Shown here one piece after another: positions 1 through 15,788 of a DNA stretch of 64,000 nucleotides (its first letter is position 1; each line of letters starts with the position of its first letter). The notes under the pieces were generated by a model. The model was not told where the DNA came from, searched no databases, and saw only the letters and a program-made list of their open reading frames with translations. The position numbers and the translations under genes were made by a program. Source of the DNA: Chrysomallon squamiferum (taxonomy: Eukaryota; Animalia; Mollusca); assembly GCA_012295275.1 (NCBI GenBank), contig CM022673.1, forward strand, positions 8,866,001 to 8,930,000. Direction: 5' to 3'.

Positions 1-568
1 AATCGCAGCCATTTTGTTTCCGTTCGCCAGATAGCATGGCTGTAAAGCGCCTTCTGATTTAAAGTCACATGCAATGATTTTTGAGTGGAAAGACATTACC
101 ACCGAAATAACGTGGCTCTAAACTGCCTAAAAAATAAGCAGTTTGGCAACATTACGATTTGAAAGAGATGATTAAAATGAATGAATTGTCATTATACATG
201 GTAAAGATGCAAAACCCGAACGTACAGACTCGTAAAAACACAGACGAATTAGGCACGCATACATACATATTAAAAGTGATGAGTCTATGCATTTCTTTGT
301 TTGCACACGAATTCGTTCAAGTGTATTTAAGTAGACATACACGTATAAATATACACGTACGTATACAAACAAAAAAAACCCTGAAATGTCATCATAAATG
401 TTCAGTGAATGTGTGTATGTATATACATTATACAAACATAATTTATATACATTTTTACAAATGTTCTTACAAACAATATGCACACATACACATACAAGCA
501 TACATACATACATACATACTTACATATATACATGCGCACTCAGTAAAATATCTACATACATGCACACA

Positions 569-679
569 CATTCTTATATGCACATATATGAATATAAAGG
601 AATTCTCGAACACTGTCATATATACATTCTTATATGCACATATATGAATATAATGAATTCTCGAACACTGTCATATATA
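569..679. repeat. Tandem duplication, ~56-bp unit x2
   Basis: CATTCTTATATGCACATATATGAATATAA(AG/T)GAATTCTCGAACACTGTCATATATA at 569 and 625. Confidence 0.92.
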
Positions 680-1068
680 TATTATTACGAAAAATTGTCC
701 AAAGAAACATCATATATTGTTCATCTTATGTTAATGATTGATTGTCTTGCCGGAGAATAATTTCATGCCTTTTCAGATCATTTATCTCTCTATACCTATT
801 ATTTTACAAAATAAGATGATCAGATTACCATCTATATTCATTTCAGTTTTTCTACGTAAATGATCTGTCATGTTGTCTGGAAACTTTATAATTATTTTTA
901 ATTTTAATAAACGTATTTATAGTAACAAGAACTGACAGTGGTTACAAATCATTTGTCGTGACGTAGGCTATGCTTTTATACTTAAGAAATACAGATTAAC
1001 AACAAAAATAATAAAACAACAATGGGCCGAGTTTATTCAGTGTTTTATGACCTTTTTATAATAATAAT

Positions 1069-1099
<31 letters not shown>

Positions 1100-1903
1100 G
1101 GAACAATATGAAAAGAAGAAGAACAACAACAACAACAGTAACAAATATAAAGATTATACGATGAAAATGAGAATATTGTTTATGATAATAACGACGACAA
1201 TAATGATGATGATGACGACAATAATTCTAACAAGACCATACATCACATACATACATGCATACATACATACACACACTCACACTCACATACAAGCATGCAT
1301 ACAAAAACAAAATTATAAATATACATAAACATACATACGTACACATACATATAAAAGTGTAATATGTGATTACCACTGCAGTAGATAACTGTGGCGCTCT
1401 GGAACGACACCTAGAAGACGATACGACAAGATGGTTGTTGAGATGGTCCAACGACACTCGAGTACTGAGAGGTCAGTTGCTTGTGATACACAAGTGATCA
1501 ATTAGATTCTAATCAAGGTTCGATTCTGCTCTTGGTGACAGGTCCAGGAAACACTGTCTTCAAAACTCTTCGCCAATTACGGGGTAATCACTGATTGCAT
1601 ACGGAGAATGAACCAGGATGACATGCAGGGGATCTGCGTGTGCTGTGGTAAATGATGGTTGTTTACACACGCAAGACAAATCATGGGGACGGAAAGGTGA
1701 TTGGTTGTACATGGAAAAGAAACCGAGCCATGAGTAAACGTAAATGTTGTGCAGAAATTATAATTTTAATGTGTTAGAAGTAAAAAAACGTACTGTGGAT
1801 ATCCGTTCCTTTGTTTCTGTCTGTCTCTCTCTCTCTTGTTTTCTTTCTTTTTTTCTTTTCAGTGTTTTTATCCATCCCTCTCTAACACATATATATATAT
1901 TTG

Positions 1904-1937
<34 letters not shown>

Positions 1938-2015
1938 TGTATGTATGTATGTATGTATCTCTCTTGCTTCTCTCTGTATGTCCTATCTTTTTTCTTTCTC
2001 TCAGTTCGATCGTCC

Positions 2016-2088
<73 letters not shown>

Positions 2089-2840
2089 ATATACACACAC
2101 CAAATTATCATTCATTCATTTCCAGCGGAGATAATCGCTAACATTGGTTTTTCTCCCTACGTCTCTTGGTGAAACTTGTTGCCATTAAACAAATAATTCA
2201 TTTTCTTCGATTTACGACTCTTTGCGCTATAATGCTGTCTTTCCTTTCTCTCTTTCTTTATTTAACAGCACACGAGCAGAAAGTTCTGCGTATCCTGTGT
2301 AGAGGTTTTATCCAAAGAAAATATTTATTTTGTTATTTATAAAGAAATATTTTTTTAAATTATTTTTGACACGATTTTTTGAAAACCGTTTTCAAGATTG
2401 AATGTTAGTGTGATGCAAGCAGAGAAAATTACTTTAAGTGTGTAAAGATCGTTTGAAAAGTAATAATTACAAGAAGTATTATGAAATTGTGTGTCATTAA
2501 TTCAAAAGGGAAAAAAAAAAACCAATCCAAATAGAATAAATCTTAAACAGAATGTTTTATTATGTTGTCAAAAGAAATGGATTTCTAAAAAATATATTTT
2601 TTTTCTCCGTTTAATACGATTTAATTCACTATGAATACTGTTGATGTTTTACACGGAAGCAGAAGTTTCACAGAATATGTTTTTAACATATATATATTTT
2701 TATCTAAAGTTTCCTTTGTTGTTGTTGTTATTATCATCACGATCATCATCATCATCATAATCATTACCATTAACATGATTATTATTTTTTATTAATTGTT
2801 TTTGTCGAAATGCATTCCTTTTTGCAAACTGATCCCAAAG

Positions 2841-2882
2841 AAAATTTTCGAACCTCTTTTTAAAAATCCAGGATGTGCCTTG
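2841..2882. mobile_element. Possible degenerate DNA-transposon/MITE terminus
   Basis: AAAATTTTCGAACCTCTTTTTAAAAATCCAGGATGTGCCTTG resembles the ...AAAATCCTGGATCCGCC.CTG end of common invertebrate non-autonomous elements (from memory); no partner TIR seen. Confidence 0.25.
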
Positions 2883-4584
2883 CTTTTCAAAATGGCGGAC
2901 GTCAAAAAACTTTAATTTAGTCAGCTGTGGATCATATATCTTTACTTCGTTAATGAAAACTGTAAGTACAGCGAAAAATAAACATCGTTAAAGTCAGAAA
3001 TAAAAACGTAATAATGATTATTAACGTCAAATCTACCTCTTCCCATTAAACATGGGTCGAAGGAAGGAAAAAAACAAAAAAAAAACAACGTCGTGAATTA
3101 CTTTTATAACTGTCTGATTAACGCAGATATGACCTTTAAAAACTATCATTAATTCGTTTTAAGGATTTCTCCTGACTACTAAGCTTTTTTGCTGATAATA
3201 TTATCCCACTTCTAAATTATTATTATTATTATTGATAAAACATTTTTTTTTTTTTTTTTTTTAATTATTATTATCTTTTTTAATTCTGCATTCTGACGAT
3301 TTTATTAACGATATAATCGGATGTAGCTCTTTCTGATTCGTGTCGTTTTATTTTTAGCTTTTAATTTTTAAATTTCGATTTATCTGTGTCGTCTCTCAGA
3401 TTTGCAAGTTCTACATTTTACTGACCGCACCTGTTGTTGCAATGAACAGAAGTAGCCCACCCTTTCTCTGACTATAAACTGAACATAAAGGTATGTTAAA
3501 ACGAAACGACTTATTGACATTTTTTTAAAAATAATTTGTTCTGTCTTACTTGCAGTTTCAGCTATAACGCGTTTACAGTTTTTGTTTCAAAATGCGACAA
3601 GAGAATAAAGTTTTAAAAAGAAAATTTAACTATGTGTATTAACAAACAAACCCAAACACATTAAAATAAACACTCACAAACATGAACACATTCACATACA
3701 AATGCATACAAACATACAGTGTATACTATCTATCTATCTATATATATATATATTTTAAAGACTATGAACTTACATTGTATTGGTACTTTTTCGACAAGAA
3801 GCTAAAATAATTTCCTATTGTCTTGATGTTTCTGCTTCTTTCTTTCCTATATGTATATATATAAATATCGCATCATATCAACACGTGATAAATAAATAAT
3901 ATGATAACCAACTGACAAGTATTTGTACCCATGCGCTTCTTTGTTATCAGATCACACCCCAGTTATAATAATATGTTTTCTTTCTCTTTTTTCTTCTTTT
4001 ACTTATTTATTTATTTTACTAAGACATTTTTTTTTTTTCCATTTTGAGAAATTGTCTACAATATTGTTTTGTTTAAATGATAAAATTATTCCAGAAAGGA
4101 ATTAAACCAACTCTAAAGGATCCGACACCTGTCTTTAAACATTTTGTCACAGACGTTTAAATCTAATTCCTCGCTGGATGGGTCAATTTAGCCGAAAACC
4201 GTGGCTATCCACAGAAAAGCCAATTCTCTCGGCCGAAAGTGTTCTGCCACTCATAATTACGCTTTCTTGTTCAAAGAGACATCCTGAGAATAACCGTATC
4301 ATACATTCTAATCAATCAAGCGGGCGTGTTAACTGACATACGGAACAATGTGCAAATTATTTACATATCAAACGCATATAGCTGATTTTGTAGGAATAGA
4401 AAAATATTTTTGTACGAGGGTTCGATCTAATGTGGGTCTCGCAGAAATGTCGATTAAAATGTATAAGAAAACAGAACCAGCTATTTCTGGAAAATATATG
4501 TAAATAAAATGTCTGTCTTTTTTTCTAATTGTCTTGTTTAATATATATATTTGTTTTTTTTCGGCCGATTCTTCTTCTTCTTCT

Positions 4585-4675
<91 letters not shown>

Positions 4676-5723
4676 TGTGTATCTATCGTGTCTCTAGCAG
4701 CATTTTTCAATATTCATAAGTGTGTATATGTGTCTACGTTTATTATAAATGTATGTATGTATGTATGTATATTTCTGTTACATGTTTCTGTACAGTCCCC
4801 TTTATTTTTGCTATTTCCAATAATGTTCACTTGTTTTCCGTGAATAAATCCTCTCACGTTTTCTGCTATAGATACCAGATCAGAACGTAAACACTGGAAT
4901 ATCTCATTATTTAATCACTACAATATCTGGGTCATGCTAATTAGGTTATTTTCTTATAGTTCACTAACAGCGTCTGTTATTTTCAGATGCTTATAGCTGT
5001 CACTAACGAACTGAAATAAAAGCGTGTTTTGTTTGGAATAACAGTGTTTTTGTTTGCTTCGTAATAGATTTATCTTCTTTTTTTTTTTTTTTTTTTTTTG
5101 TTATGAAGAAAATGGCAGGGTTAAGAAAAGAGAAATGTAAGTATATTAATTTTGGAACTGTAATACAAAAGCATGAGTTTTCAAATTTATATGAATTAAA
5201 TGGCTTTTTTTTTTTAAAATTATTTATTTATTTATTCATTTATTTTTATATTCATTTAAATCTCGTGAATATATTTATTTAGCTTTTTTCGACAGAAATG
5301 AAGAAATTTCTATTCGTGAAAGGTTTTTCTGTTTCAGAATTAATTTTATTTTACTAAATGCATAATATATGGGTGTGTATATTTTTTCTGAACACAATAA
5401 AGTTTTAAGTTTATATGTCTCATGCAGTTTTGTGTATACTATTATTATGATAATATTTCTTGAATATCTCAAAATATATGTAGAATCGTTTGTAAACGTT
5501 GATAAAGACATATGTTTAAAAATTGAGAAATGTTAAAATTACATAGAAAAGTGGCATAAGTTCATATACGTTATAATATAGACATTCAGATTCATTTCTG
5601 AGCTGTTTCATATATATACGCACACACACACATATATATATATATACACATACACACACATATGTACATGTATATGCCCTGTACACTCAATATCAGTCTT
5701 GAAGAGTTACTACAGAGACAACA

Positions 5724-5886
5724 TAGAACAAGTATAATAAAGTCACTATAGATTATGACAGTATTAGAACAAGTATAATAAGGTCACTATAAACTATGTC
5801 AGTATAAAAACAAGTATAATAAGGTCACTACAGACTATGTCAATATAAAAACAAATTTAATAAGGTCACTACAGACTATGTCAGTA
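5724..5886. repeat. Minisatellite, 41-bp unit x4
   Basis: Unit ~TARAACAAGTATAATAAGGTCACTAYAGACTATGTCAGTAT, head to tail with no spacers. Confidence 0.93.
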
Positions 5887-7210
5887 GTGTACTGTTTCCT
5901 ATGTAATGATTTAGTTTTCAGAATGAGTGTTATGACATTTACTTTGGAGGCAAAAAGGATAAATTAAAGCACGATCATGATTCTGTGATCACAGTCAGAA
6001 GTGTTGACTGTTCATGTCTGTGCTTTTTTAAATGAATTCCATTAGACGCATGAGATGGCTCTCTTGTTTTATAACGAACACACCATACACTGAAATCTGA
6101 TCCTTTGTCGATTGTGACGTTCTGTTTTAGGATAAAATTATTTCACTTAATACGTGTGATTGGTAATGATCTATGATGACACGTGCACTGTAAAAACAAC
6201 GAGAACAGCACTAAATTATTTTTGTATCGTCAATAAATTTTCTGGATCAGTGAAACATAACTACAATTGTAGAGACTGTTCAGTATCGATGATGAAACGA
6301 TTGCAGGAATTTATTTGATTTAGATTCAAAAGGAGCTGCAGTTTTGCTGGGTTCACAAGATACAGTTGGTCTTTATAGATTAGAAATGTATTCAAAGACA
6401 GGCAGACAGACAGACAGACACACACACACACACACACACAATGCACACACATACAACAACAAACATAAATGTATGTACATAACGCTGTTTCACTTTCGAT
6501 AATCACATATAAATCACGAAAAGTTTATTAAAGTTTCTTTTTATTTCTTTTTTTTTGTCGTTTTGTTTTTGTCTTGTAATTCTGTGTGCAATATCATTTT
6601 TATCTTTTCTTTTACACTCTTTAAACGAAATCTTCACAAGCTCCACATATCAACAAAGACAAAATAATTAAAATATTTTACTAGCTACACCTTTCATTTT
6701 CAATAATCAAAAGAAATTTTCGACATTTCTAAAAACAAAAGAAAAAGTTAAGTGAAACAATCATTACATTAGTTTGAAACTTTAGACGGAAGAACAAAAA
6801 TAATTTCTTCTTCCATTTGTTTCCAGTTCTCTTGCAGGTGAAAGAGGAAACAATCGTTTGATATTTTCAGGTTATTAACGACAGTCCTGTTTAATTCCTT
6901 TTCATTTGCATAGCTCTCGAGTGAGCTAGACTCATTTCCTAGGTCTTCAATAACCAAACAACGTCAGAAATATCCCCCGAGTTTGGTTTGATATTCTGTC
7001 AGGCAATTATGTACTCGAGAAGGTAATGTGTTTTATATCACAGCCGTGTGGTTGTGTTAAACTGGAAGTCCTGGTTCCGCGAACAAATTGGTTGTGCACT
7101 TGTTATACTTTCAAATGATGTTTTTATTTCTGTGCCTAGAGTATAATTTAGTAGCAGTAAAGTATACTGATGATAAATATGATGGCGATGATGATGATAA
7201 TAATAACAAC

Positions 7211-7245
<35 letters not shown>

Positions 7246-7972
7246 TAATAATATTGATGATGATGATGATATGCTTTATAAGTAGAGTTATTCTGATATA
7301 CATAGACATTAACACATATAAAGAAGTTGAGACAGAGAAATTGTGAGAAGGAGCGAGCGAAAAATAGAGAAAACGAGAACGGCATAAAAACACGTAACGA
7401 ACAATTTCGGGTTAAACGTCAAGGTCGAAACATCGGCGGCTAAATCGGAGAAATCAAATTTAAACACTTCTCAGACGGATTCTGTCATCAGCAAACAGCG
7501 AGACAAACATGTTATTAATTACCGCATTTGCCAATAACTTAGCAGCCTCTCCAGCGACACTGGGTCGTGCTAAACGATTCCATCTGTGGTTAATAACGGA
7601 CATGAAGCTGGTCCGAGCTCTCGGTCTGCTCGTATATCACTCGATGAAGACTGATTTGCGCTGCGGAATGCTTGCAGAGTTGAACTCCTCGTCTCGGCGA
7701 GGATTTTAAATTACAAGCAGTTTCTGAGAGTGCCAGCCGGTTTTCGGATGATGGTTTTCTTTCTTGATTACTTCAAGTTAACTGGAGCAATCATTTCGAG
7801 TTACCGGGAGTTATTTTGTTGATGATCGTATTACCATTTATGAATATTTCAGTTTTATTTTTTATTTTTATCTTTTTTTTATTTTTCTTCTGCTGCGAAA
7901 CTATTTTGGGAAGTCTTTTATCTCTTTGTAAAATACATCAAATTGTGCTGTAATGTTTGAGAAATTGAATTT

Positions 7973-8070
<98 letters not shown>

Positions 8071-8143
8071 ACTGTATAGCTCAATTTTTTATTTCTCCAT
8101 ATCTCAATTCTCTGAACTCTCTTTGTCTCAATTTTTTTTCTCT

Positions 8144-8250
<107 letters not shown>

Positions 8251-9829
8251 AGCTCTATCTTTCTCTCTCGCTCGCTCATTTAAATTCCTTTCACAAATAA
8301 CTGAGCAATAAACTGACGTAATCCATTTATAAATTAAGAAAGCTAGGTGTCTAAAAATCGAAGCTAAAAATGTTAAACTTTTTTCCAGACGTCTATCTTT
8401 AGTCAAACAACTATTATCTCTACTCGGTGGTGACATTTTGTCAAAGAAAACAACTCTCCAGAACAACAATCAGGCAACACAGACAACCAAACACACATTA
8501 AAATACGCAAATACATAAAATGCGAAAGACAAACACACAGTGGCATACACGACAGCAAGTAAATCATTCCTAGACTTTGGCAACAGAAATCAATAAGTAA
8601 AATAAAATAAAATAAAATAAAATAAACTAATGATGATGATAATGATGATGATGATGATAATAATAACAATAATAATAATACTAAATATTAATAAATAAAG
8701 TAAAAATGGTGATAGCTGTACACTAATTTCTGTACGTTAATTCACAAATGTACAGCTTAATGTTAGCGTACATTTACATATGCATGCAGAAAGCGTAAGG
8801 CAAATATACAAACACACTGTGTAGAGAGATCTACGTTGTTATTGTATACTGGTAGCCGAGACAGACCGGTTAATGAAGTTTTGGCCTTTGGCATCCGAGC
8901 ACTTGGAACGCATTGGCGTAGGAGGACAAAGTCCAATCATGACCTCAAAAAATTCCTCAAATGCCTCTGACGAGTCTCGAACGCATTACACCATCGGACA
9001 CCGAGACAACATTAATAAAAGTTGCTCAATAACCGAGGGAAATCATCGATTCCCACGAAGCACGCCGTTGTTTGTCTTTCGTCATTTTTTGCGAGAATCT
9101 AATTTTAATTTTTTTTGTTTGAAACCTGGCACCTGAATCCTAAAATATGTGTGTATGTGTGTATATATGTTTGGGTGTAAGAATGTATGTATATATGTAT
9201 GTTTGTTTGCGGGTATGTTTTGGGTCTGTTTAAATATTATGTGCTAAAATAACTGGCATTTAAAAAAAAAATAAAAATAAATAAATAAAGAAACTAATAA
9301 AAAATAAAAACAACAAAAAAATCTTTATGATTATGATTATTATTATTATTATCAGAATCAATTATTTATTTATTTATTTATTTATCTATATATTTATTTA
9401 TTTATTCCATTTTTATATTTTTTATTATTTTTGTATTACGTTTTTTTTTTTTTTTTTTTTTTTTTAGCTTGAAAACATGTTGTCCTAAATAACATAACTC
9501 GTTCTAGAAAAAAAAAAAAAAAAAAAAAAAAAACCATGACAAAAACACATTTTGGAACATTCCATAGCTATAATTTTATTTACATGTGCAGACTCTCTCA
9601 TTATTCCTTTATTCTCTTTTCTAAAAGAATGAAAATTGAGGTTAATGAAAGCATCTAATACAATTATCAGTAATATTGTCTTTTAAACCCTATTCCCTCT
9701 CTGTTTATGCTCCGACATTTGAAAGGACTGTCGGACGCAATTAGTCAAACATTTTCGCCAGTGGCGTTACAGAATTAGTTCCTAATTTCTCCCCAGTCGT
9801 CACAGGAATCCTCGATTATCAAGACCGCC

Positions 9830-9858
9830 ACCGGAAGTCGGAAAAACGAAGCGGAAGT
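9830..9858 (+). promoter_or_regulatory. Tandem ETS motifs
   Basis: ACCGGAAGT (9830-9838) and GCGGAAGT (9851-9858) in a CpG-rich island. Confidence 0.35.
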
Positions 9859-10199
9859 CTTAATCACTCCGTTTGAACGAGGGACAAAGGTACCGTTGGT
9901 AAAAATTTTGGCGAGAATTTTTCATGTATCTAATTCTAGAGTCCATTTGCTTTGAATCTCTTTAATTATCCGTCGTCGAATTATTAGGCATAATAATTAT
10001 GTTTGTGATCTCTCGTTATTGCTGTGGTTACTTGACAAGTGCAAAGAGGTGATAGCTTTGGGTCCTTTCCTGGAATGTAATATTTCCTGTCCCTCGGGAG
10101 CCTTTGCTAACAGGATCAGTCTTTGATAGGTACTTTTCTTTGATATGTCTCCTTTTCCAGCCAGAATATTCACAACTGCAGTTTTCAAGATATACATTG

Positions 10200-10895
<696 letters not shown>

Positions 10896-11484
10896 TATTG
10901 ACCTCTTTTACCCCTCGTTTTAATATCATTGATTACCTGACACTGACCTACGCCTCTTTTCTCTCGTTCATCATTCGTGTATTTTCGATCAGACCCCGTT
11001 TTATCCCCGTCCCACTTGTCAGCCGTGAAAACAGATGTGTTAAAATATATCTTACTGGCGATTTGTTTCTTATTTGCTTCACGCGAATTTACTTCTTTAT
11101 GCAGTTCACACAATTCTGTTGAACAAGTGGCTTTATATTTGAGAATGCCTAAAAGAATGGACGATGAATGAATGGATGGATAAGATGGATGGATTGGTTG
11201 AATGTGATCACGTATGTACGTATGACTGTATGTGTGTGTGTGTGTATGCAAGTATATATGTATGTATGTGTGTGTATGTATGCAAGTATATATGTATGTA
11301 TGTGTGTGTATGTAAGTATGTATATATGTGCATATTTGTATGTTTGAAAATGATGTTTGTATGTATAGATGTGTGCATATGTGTATGCAAGCATGTAAAT
11401 ATGGATATATGTATGTCTGTGTGTATGGGTATGTGCGTGCGTTTGGGGTATATATATATATATATGAGTGTGTGTGTGTCTGAG

Positions 11485-11515
<31 letters not shown>

Positions 11516-12119
11516 GGATGTAAGTATGTATTTGTATGAAAGTTTGCATTTATGTACATATGTATGTATGTATATATAGGTGTTTACGTATGTATGTGTG
11601 TGTATATAGGTGTTTATCTCTCACAAATGAAAAGATATAAATATAGATACAGAAGCCTAACCATACGTTGAACTGATATTCTCGTGGTAACAGGTGCTAA
11701 TCAAACTGACAGATCTTTTCACTGTAATTTAATTTCGTCTTATTACGTGGAGTCCAGTTTCATTTCGTATTTCACATTTGATTGTCTGTAATGAATTTAC
11801 TTCATATTTCTGATTCCTTAAATGAACTGATTTCTGTAACATCTGCAGTAATAGTTGTTCACGTTGTACAATATCACGAGAAATAACAGATTGGTTATTT
11901 GATGGTACACTAGTATATGAACAAATATTTGTATTTGCTGTTATTAGTGTTTTGTTTATCGTAGTCAAAGTGTTAATAGCAATGTTATTTATTTCTTATT
12001 ATTGGAATGACACGATAATTTGTTGTTGTTGTTATTGTTGTTGTGAGTATCAGTAGTAGCTGTTGGGATTATGATAGTGTGTATGTATCAGAAATAGTAG
12101 TAGCAGTTAGTAATAGTTG

Positions 12120-12177
12120 TTGTAGTAGTAAGTAGTAGCAGCAGTAGTAGTAGTAGTATTAGTAGTAGTAGTAGAAA

Positions 12178-12212
<35 letters not shown>

Positions 12213-12240
12213 AGTAGTAGTAGTAGTAGTAGTAGTAGTT

Positions 12241-12297
<57 letters not shown>

Positions 12298-12341
12298 TAG
12301 TAGTAGTAGTAGCAGCAGCAGTAGTAGTAGTAGTAGTAGTA

Positions 12342-12390
<49 letters not shown>

Positions 12391-12449
12391 CAGCAGTAGT
12401 AGTAGTAGTAGTAGTAGCTAGTAGTAGTAGTAGTAGTAGTAGTAGCAGC

Positions 12450-12481
<32 letters not shown>

Positions 12482-12482
12482 C

Positions 12483-12563
<81 letters not shown>
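12120..12563. repeat. Very long (TAG)n trinucleotide microsatellite with CAG interruptions
   Basis: About 440 bp of AGT repeats. Confidence 0.97.
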
Positions 12564-12564
<1 letters not shown>

Positions 12565-12643
12565 AAAAAAAAAAATGTTTTAGGCCGGTTCAGTTTATTT
12601 ATTTATTTATTTGTTTGTTTATTTATTCATATAATTATATATA

Positions 12644-12690
<47 letters not shown>

Positions 12691-12700
12691 GTGTGTTATA

Positions 12701-12760
<60 letters not shown>

Positions 12761-13749
12761 GTATTTGGGAAAGACGTTTGTAATTGTATTCATTTACCCG
12801 TCATTCATTCTTTCGCTCGTTCTCTATTTTATCATTCAATTTTTCTTTCTTTTCTTTCTCTTTTATTGTTTTCTCTCCCTTTCTTTCTTTTTATTTTTTC
12901 GTTTTATTTTTTTATTTCTTTCTTTAGTTCTTTTTTTTTCTATTTATTTTATTATTATTATAATTGTTGTTGTTTTTATTAAACTTATTTTTATGTTTTT
13001 ATTTTTGTCATTCTTTTCAGTATCTAAATAAATAATACAAACAAAATGAAAGATTCCTAGTTGAAGTAACGTTTAATTATCTGAAAAAGCAGTGCTGTTT
13101 ATGTCAAACAATCTCCTGGAAAGAAAACAGATGTAGATAAATACGTTTTATTTCCATTTTGGTTTTTTTCCCATCAAGAAACATTAAAAGGTTAACAGAC
13201 AGTGGCATTAACGGCATTTTCTGATTGTTAATCATTGAAAATAAGGAAAAAGAGAAAACAAATGCTATAAATATTTAGTGAGTACAACCTATAACGACTC
13301 AAGGCTCCGCAAGATCTAGACCAGTTGGCGATATTTTAATGTTTTGTTCTCAACTTGAACCAACTATTAAACATTCTAAAGGATGTTGAAAAATTTATTA
13401 TATGTGTTTATTACAGACTTAAAGGATTTTAGAAAATTAATTTCTGTGTTTATTACAGACACATAAATACGCCCGTACGCACACATGTATTGATACGTTA
13501 CATTACACACATACAAAAACATGTAAATTAACGAAATTGTATTTGTAGAATATAAGACAGGAGTTAGTTGTAGTAATACTAGTGGTAATAATAATTGAAG
13601 CACGAATAAAGCAATAGTATTAACTTAAGTACTAAAACCAGCAGCAATAGAACTCACAATAATGAATTTATTCTCATTAACTGCAGAAATACAGTACAGT
13701 GAAGAATGTGTTACAGGTATGTAATAACAAAATTAAAATGAATAAATGA

Positions 13750-13781
<32 letters not shown>

Positions 13782-14641
13782 ACAGTAGTAGTAGTAGCAG
13801 CAGCAGAAGCAGTAGTAATAGTAGTAGTACTAGTAATAACCACAACACTACTAGTAGTAAGACTAGGAGTAGTAGTTGGTGTTGTCGTCGTCGTTCTTCT
13901 GTTGATAGAAGCAGTAGATTAAAAGCAGCAGCAGTAGTATTGCTCTTTTTTCTATTGCCTAAAAAAAAAAAAAAAAATACATAAAATGAAAAAATTGCAC
14001 TTTTTTCTTTTGCTTCGTTCTAAACAAAGAAAAAGGAACTTATTATTAAAAAGTAAAAATGAAAGATGCACTGACATTAACACGACACCAAGCATTTAGG
14101 ATCAGCGACAGAAGACTTACACAAATGTAAGAAATCCATCAAATGAAGCTCTATTAATCAATTATTAAATGTGTCTACAGGAAGGGTAGATTTTAAGAGG
14201 CTTTTGAAAAACATCTAAAACGTTCATTAATGTATTTCCATCTCTTTGTCCATAAAAAAATAGGAGAAATAGATTTCAGAACCTTCCGACAGAAAAGAAA
14301 AAAAGAAAAAAAGAAAAAAAAAGATTTAACCACTTACTTTTTAATTTGGCTCTATTCCCTATCACTGACACCGCTGTCATCGCCTAGACGGATTGTCTGA
14401 CGTCATTTCCGGCCTTTTTATGTCATCCATTTGAAAGTGGTCGTCTGCCTTTCCGACCGTACTTTGTTAATAAATCGGAATGTTTGTTAACTCGAGTGTT
14501 GCTTGAAGTGAAACTGATGAATATTTTAAGATTTCTGGAGGTTAATGCAGGTCGTACAACGTCTAATGCGAATAAAAGAAGAACTCGGCTCATTTATTCC
14601 TTTGATCTTGAGACTTCATATATGTGGGAAACCGTCTTACG

Positions 14642-14683
<42 letters not shown>

Positions 14684-14705
14684 ATTTATTAAAGAAAATT
14701 GATTA

Positions 14706-14773
<68 letters not shown>

Positions 14774-14837
14774 CATTTCTTTAAAACTATTTTTGATAAA
14801 TAACTAGATGAATTATTAACACACACACACGCATTCA

Positions 14838-14881
<44 letters not shown>

Positions 14882-15751
14882 TAGATAGATAGATAGATAA
14901 ACAGATAGAGTAACAGATAGATAGATAAATAGACAGGCAGACAGAGAGATAGATGGACAGATAGATAGATATATCGACACATATAGCAATGTGTAGTATG
15001 TATTTGTTTAACTGTCAAAACGACAACTTCTACTACAGTTATTTCTACAACTAGTGCTACATATACTACTACTATTACTAACAGCTCTATTTGTTACCAC
15101 TATTACTGTTACTGCCATCACCAAATGTCAAAATAACTGCTGTTTTTACTGCAACTAATGTTATTTATACTACTACTCCTACTACTAAAACAGTTGTTAC
15201 TACTTTTGCTAATCCTGCTACTGCTGTATCATAGTACTATAATTACTACAACTGCTCCTACTTCTACTACTATTGGTACAACTGCCATCAGTAACCTTTG
15301 CCTACAATAATTACTATTTCAGTTACAACTACTGTTAGTGTGTTACTATCGAATACCACTAGCAGCGAACCCGAAACCCGTTTATTCTCTTCAGATAACA
15401 CGCCCGATCAACCCCTCTTCACTTCTGGTCACAATACTTTAAGCATGGCTAGAAATAAATGGCTTGAAACCCAGGAACTGAAAACCAATAATGTTCTAAT
15501 CTATGGCAAGACATCGAATTTGTCTGTCTTAATTTGCTAAAGAAAATAAAGAAAGGTCTGAGCTGCTCAGATGTATCAACGATATTGTTCTTGCAACGTC
15601 GTACGACGAACACGCCACGACAAGCTACGTTTACATCAACCACGGCTCAGCATCTTAAACCCCTGCCATGCCTTGTCAGACAAACAGCAGACAATATGCA
15701 GAGACATTTTATTTATAATTTGGACAGTAAAGAAACCACATCTGATAGTTA

Positions 15752-15788
<37 letters not shown>

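Noticed and set aside
5724-5886. CRISPR-like array
   Set aside because: Head-to-tail repeats with no unique spacers, no cas genes, and a eukaryotic context.
13687-13716. 30-nt micro-exon (ctgcag|...CAG|GTATGT)
   Set aside because: Weak polypyrimidine tract and no partner exon; expected by chance in 64 kb.
15020-15540. Thr-rich mucin-like ORF
   Set aside because: Decayed (ACT)n microsatellite.
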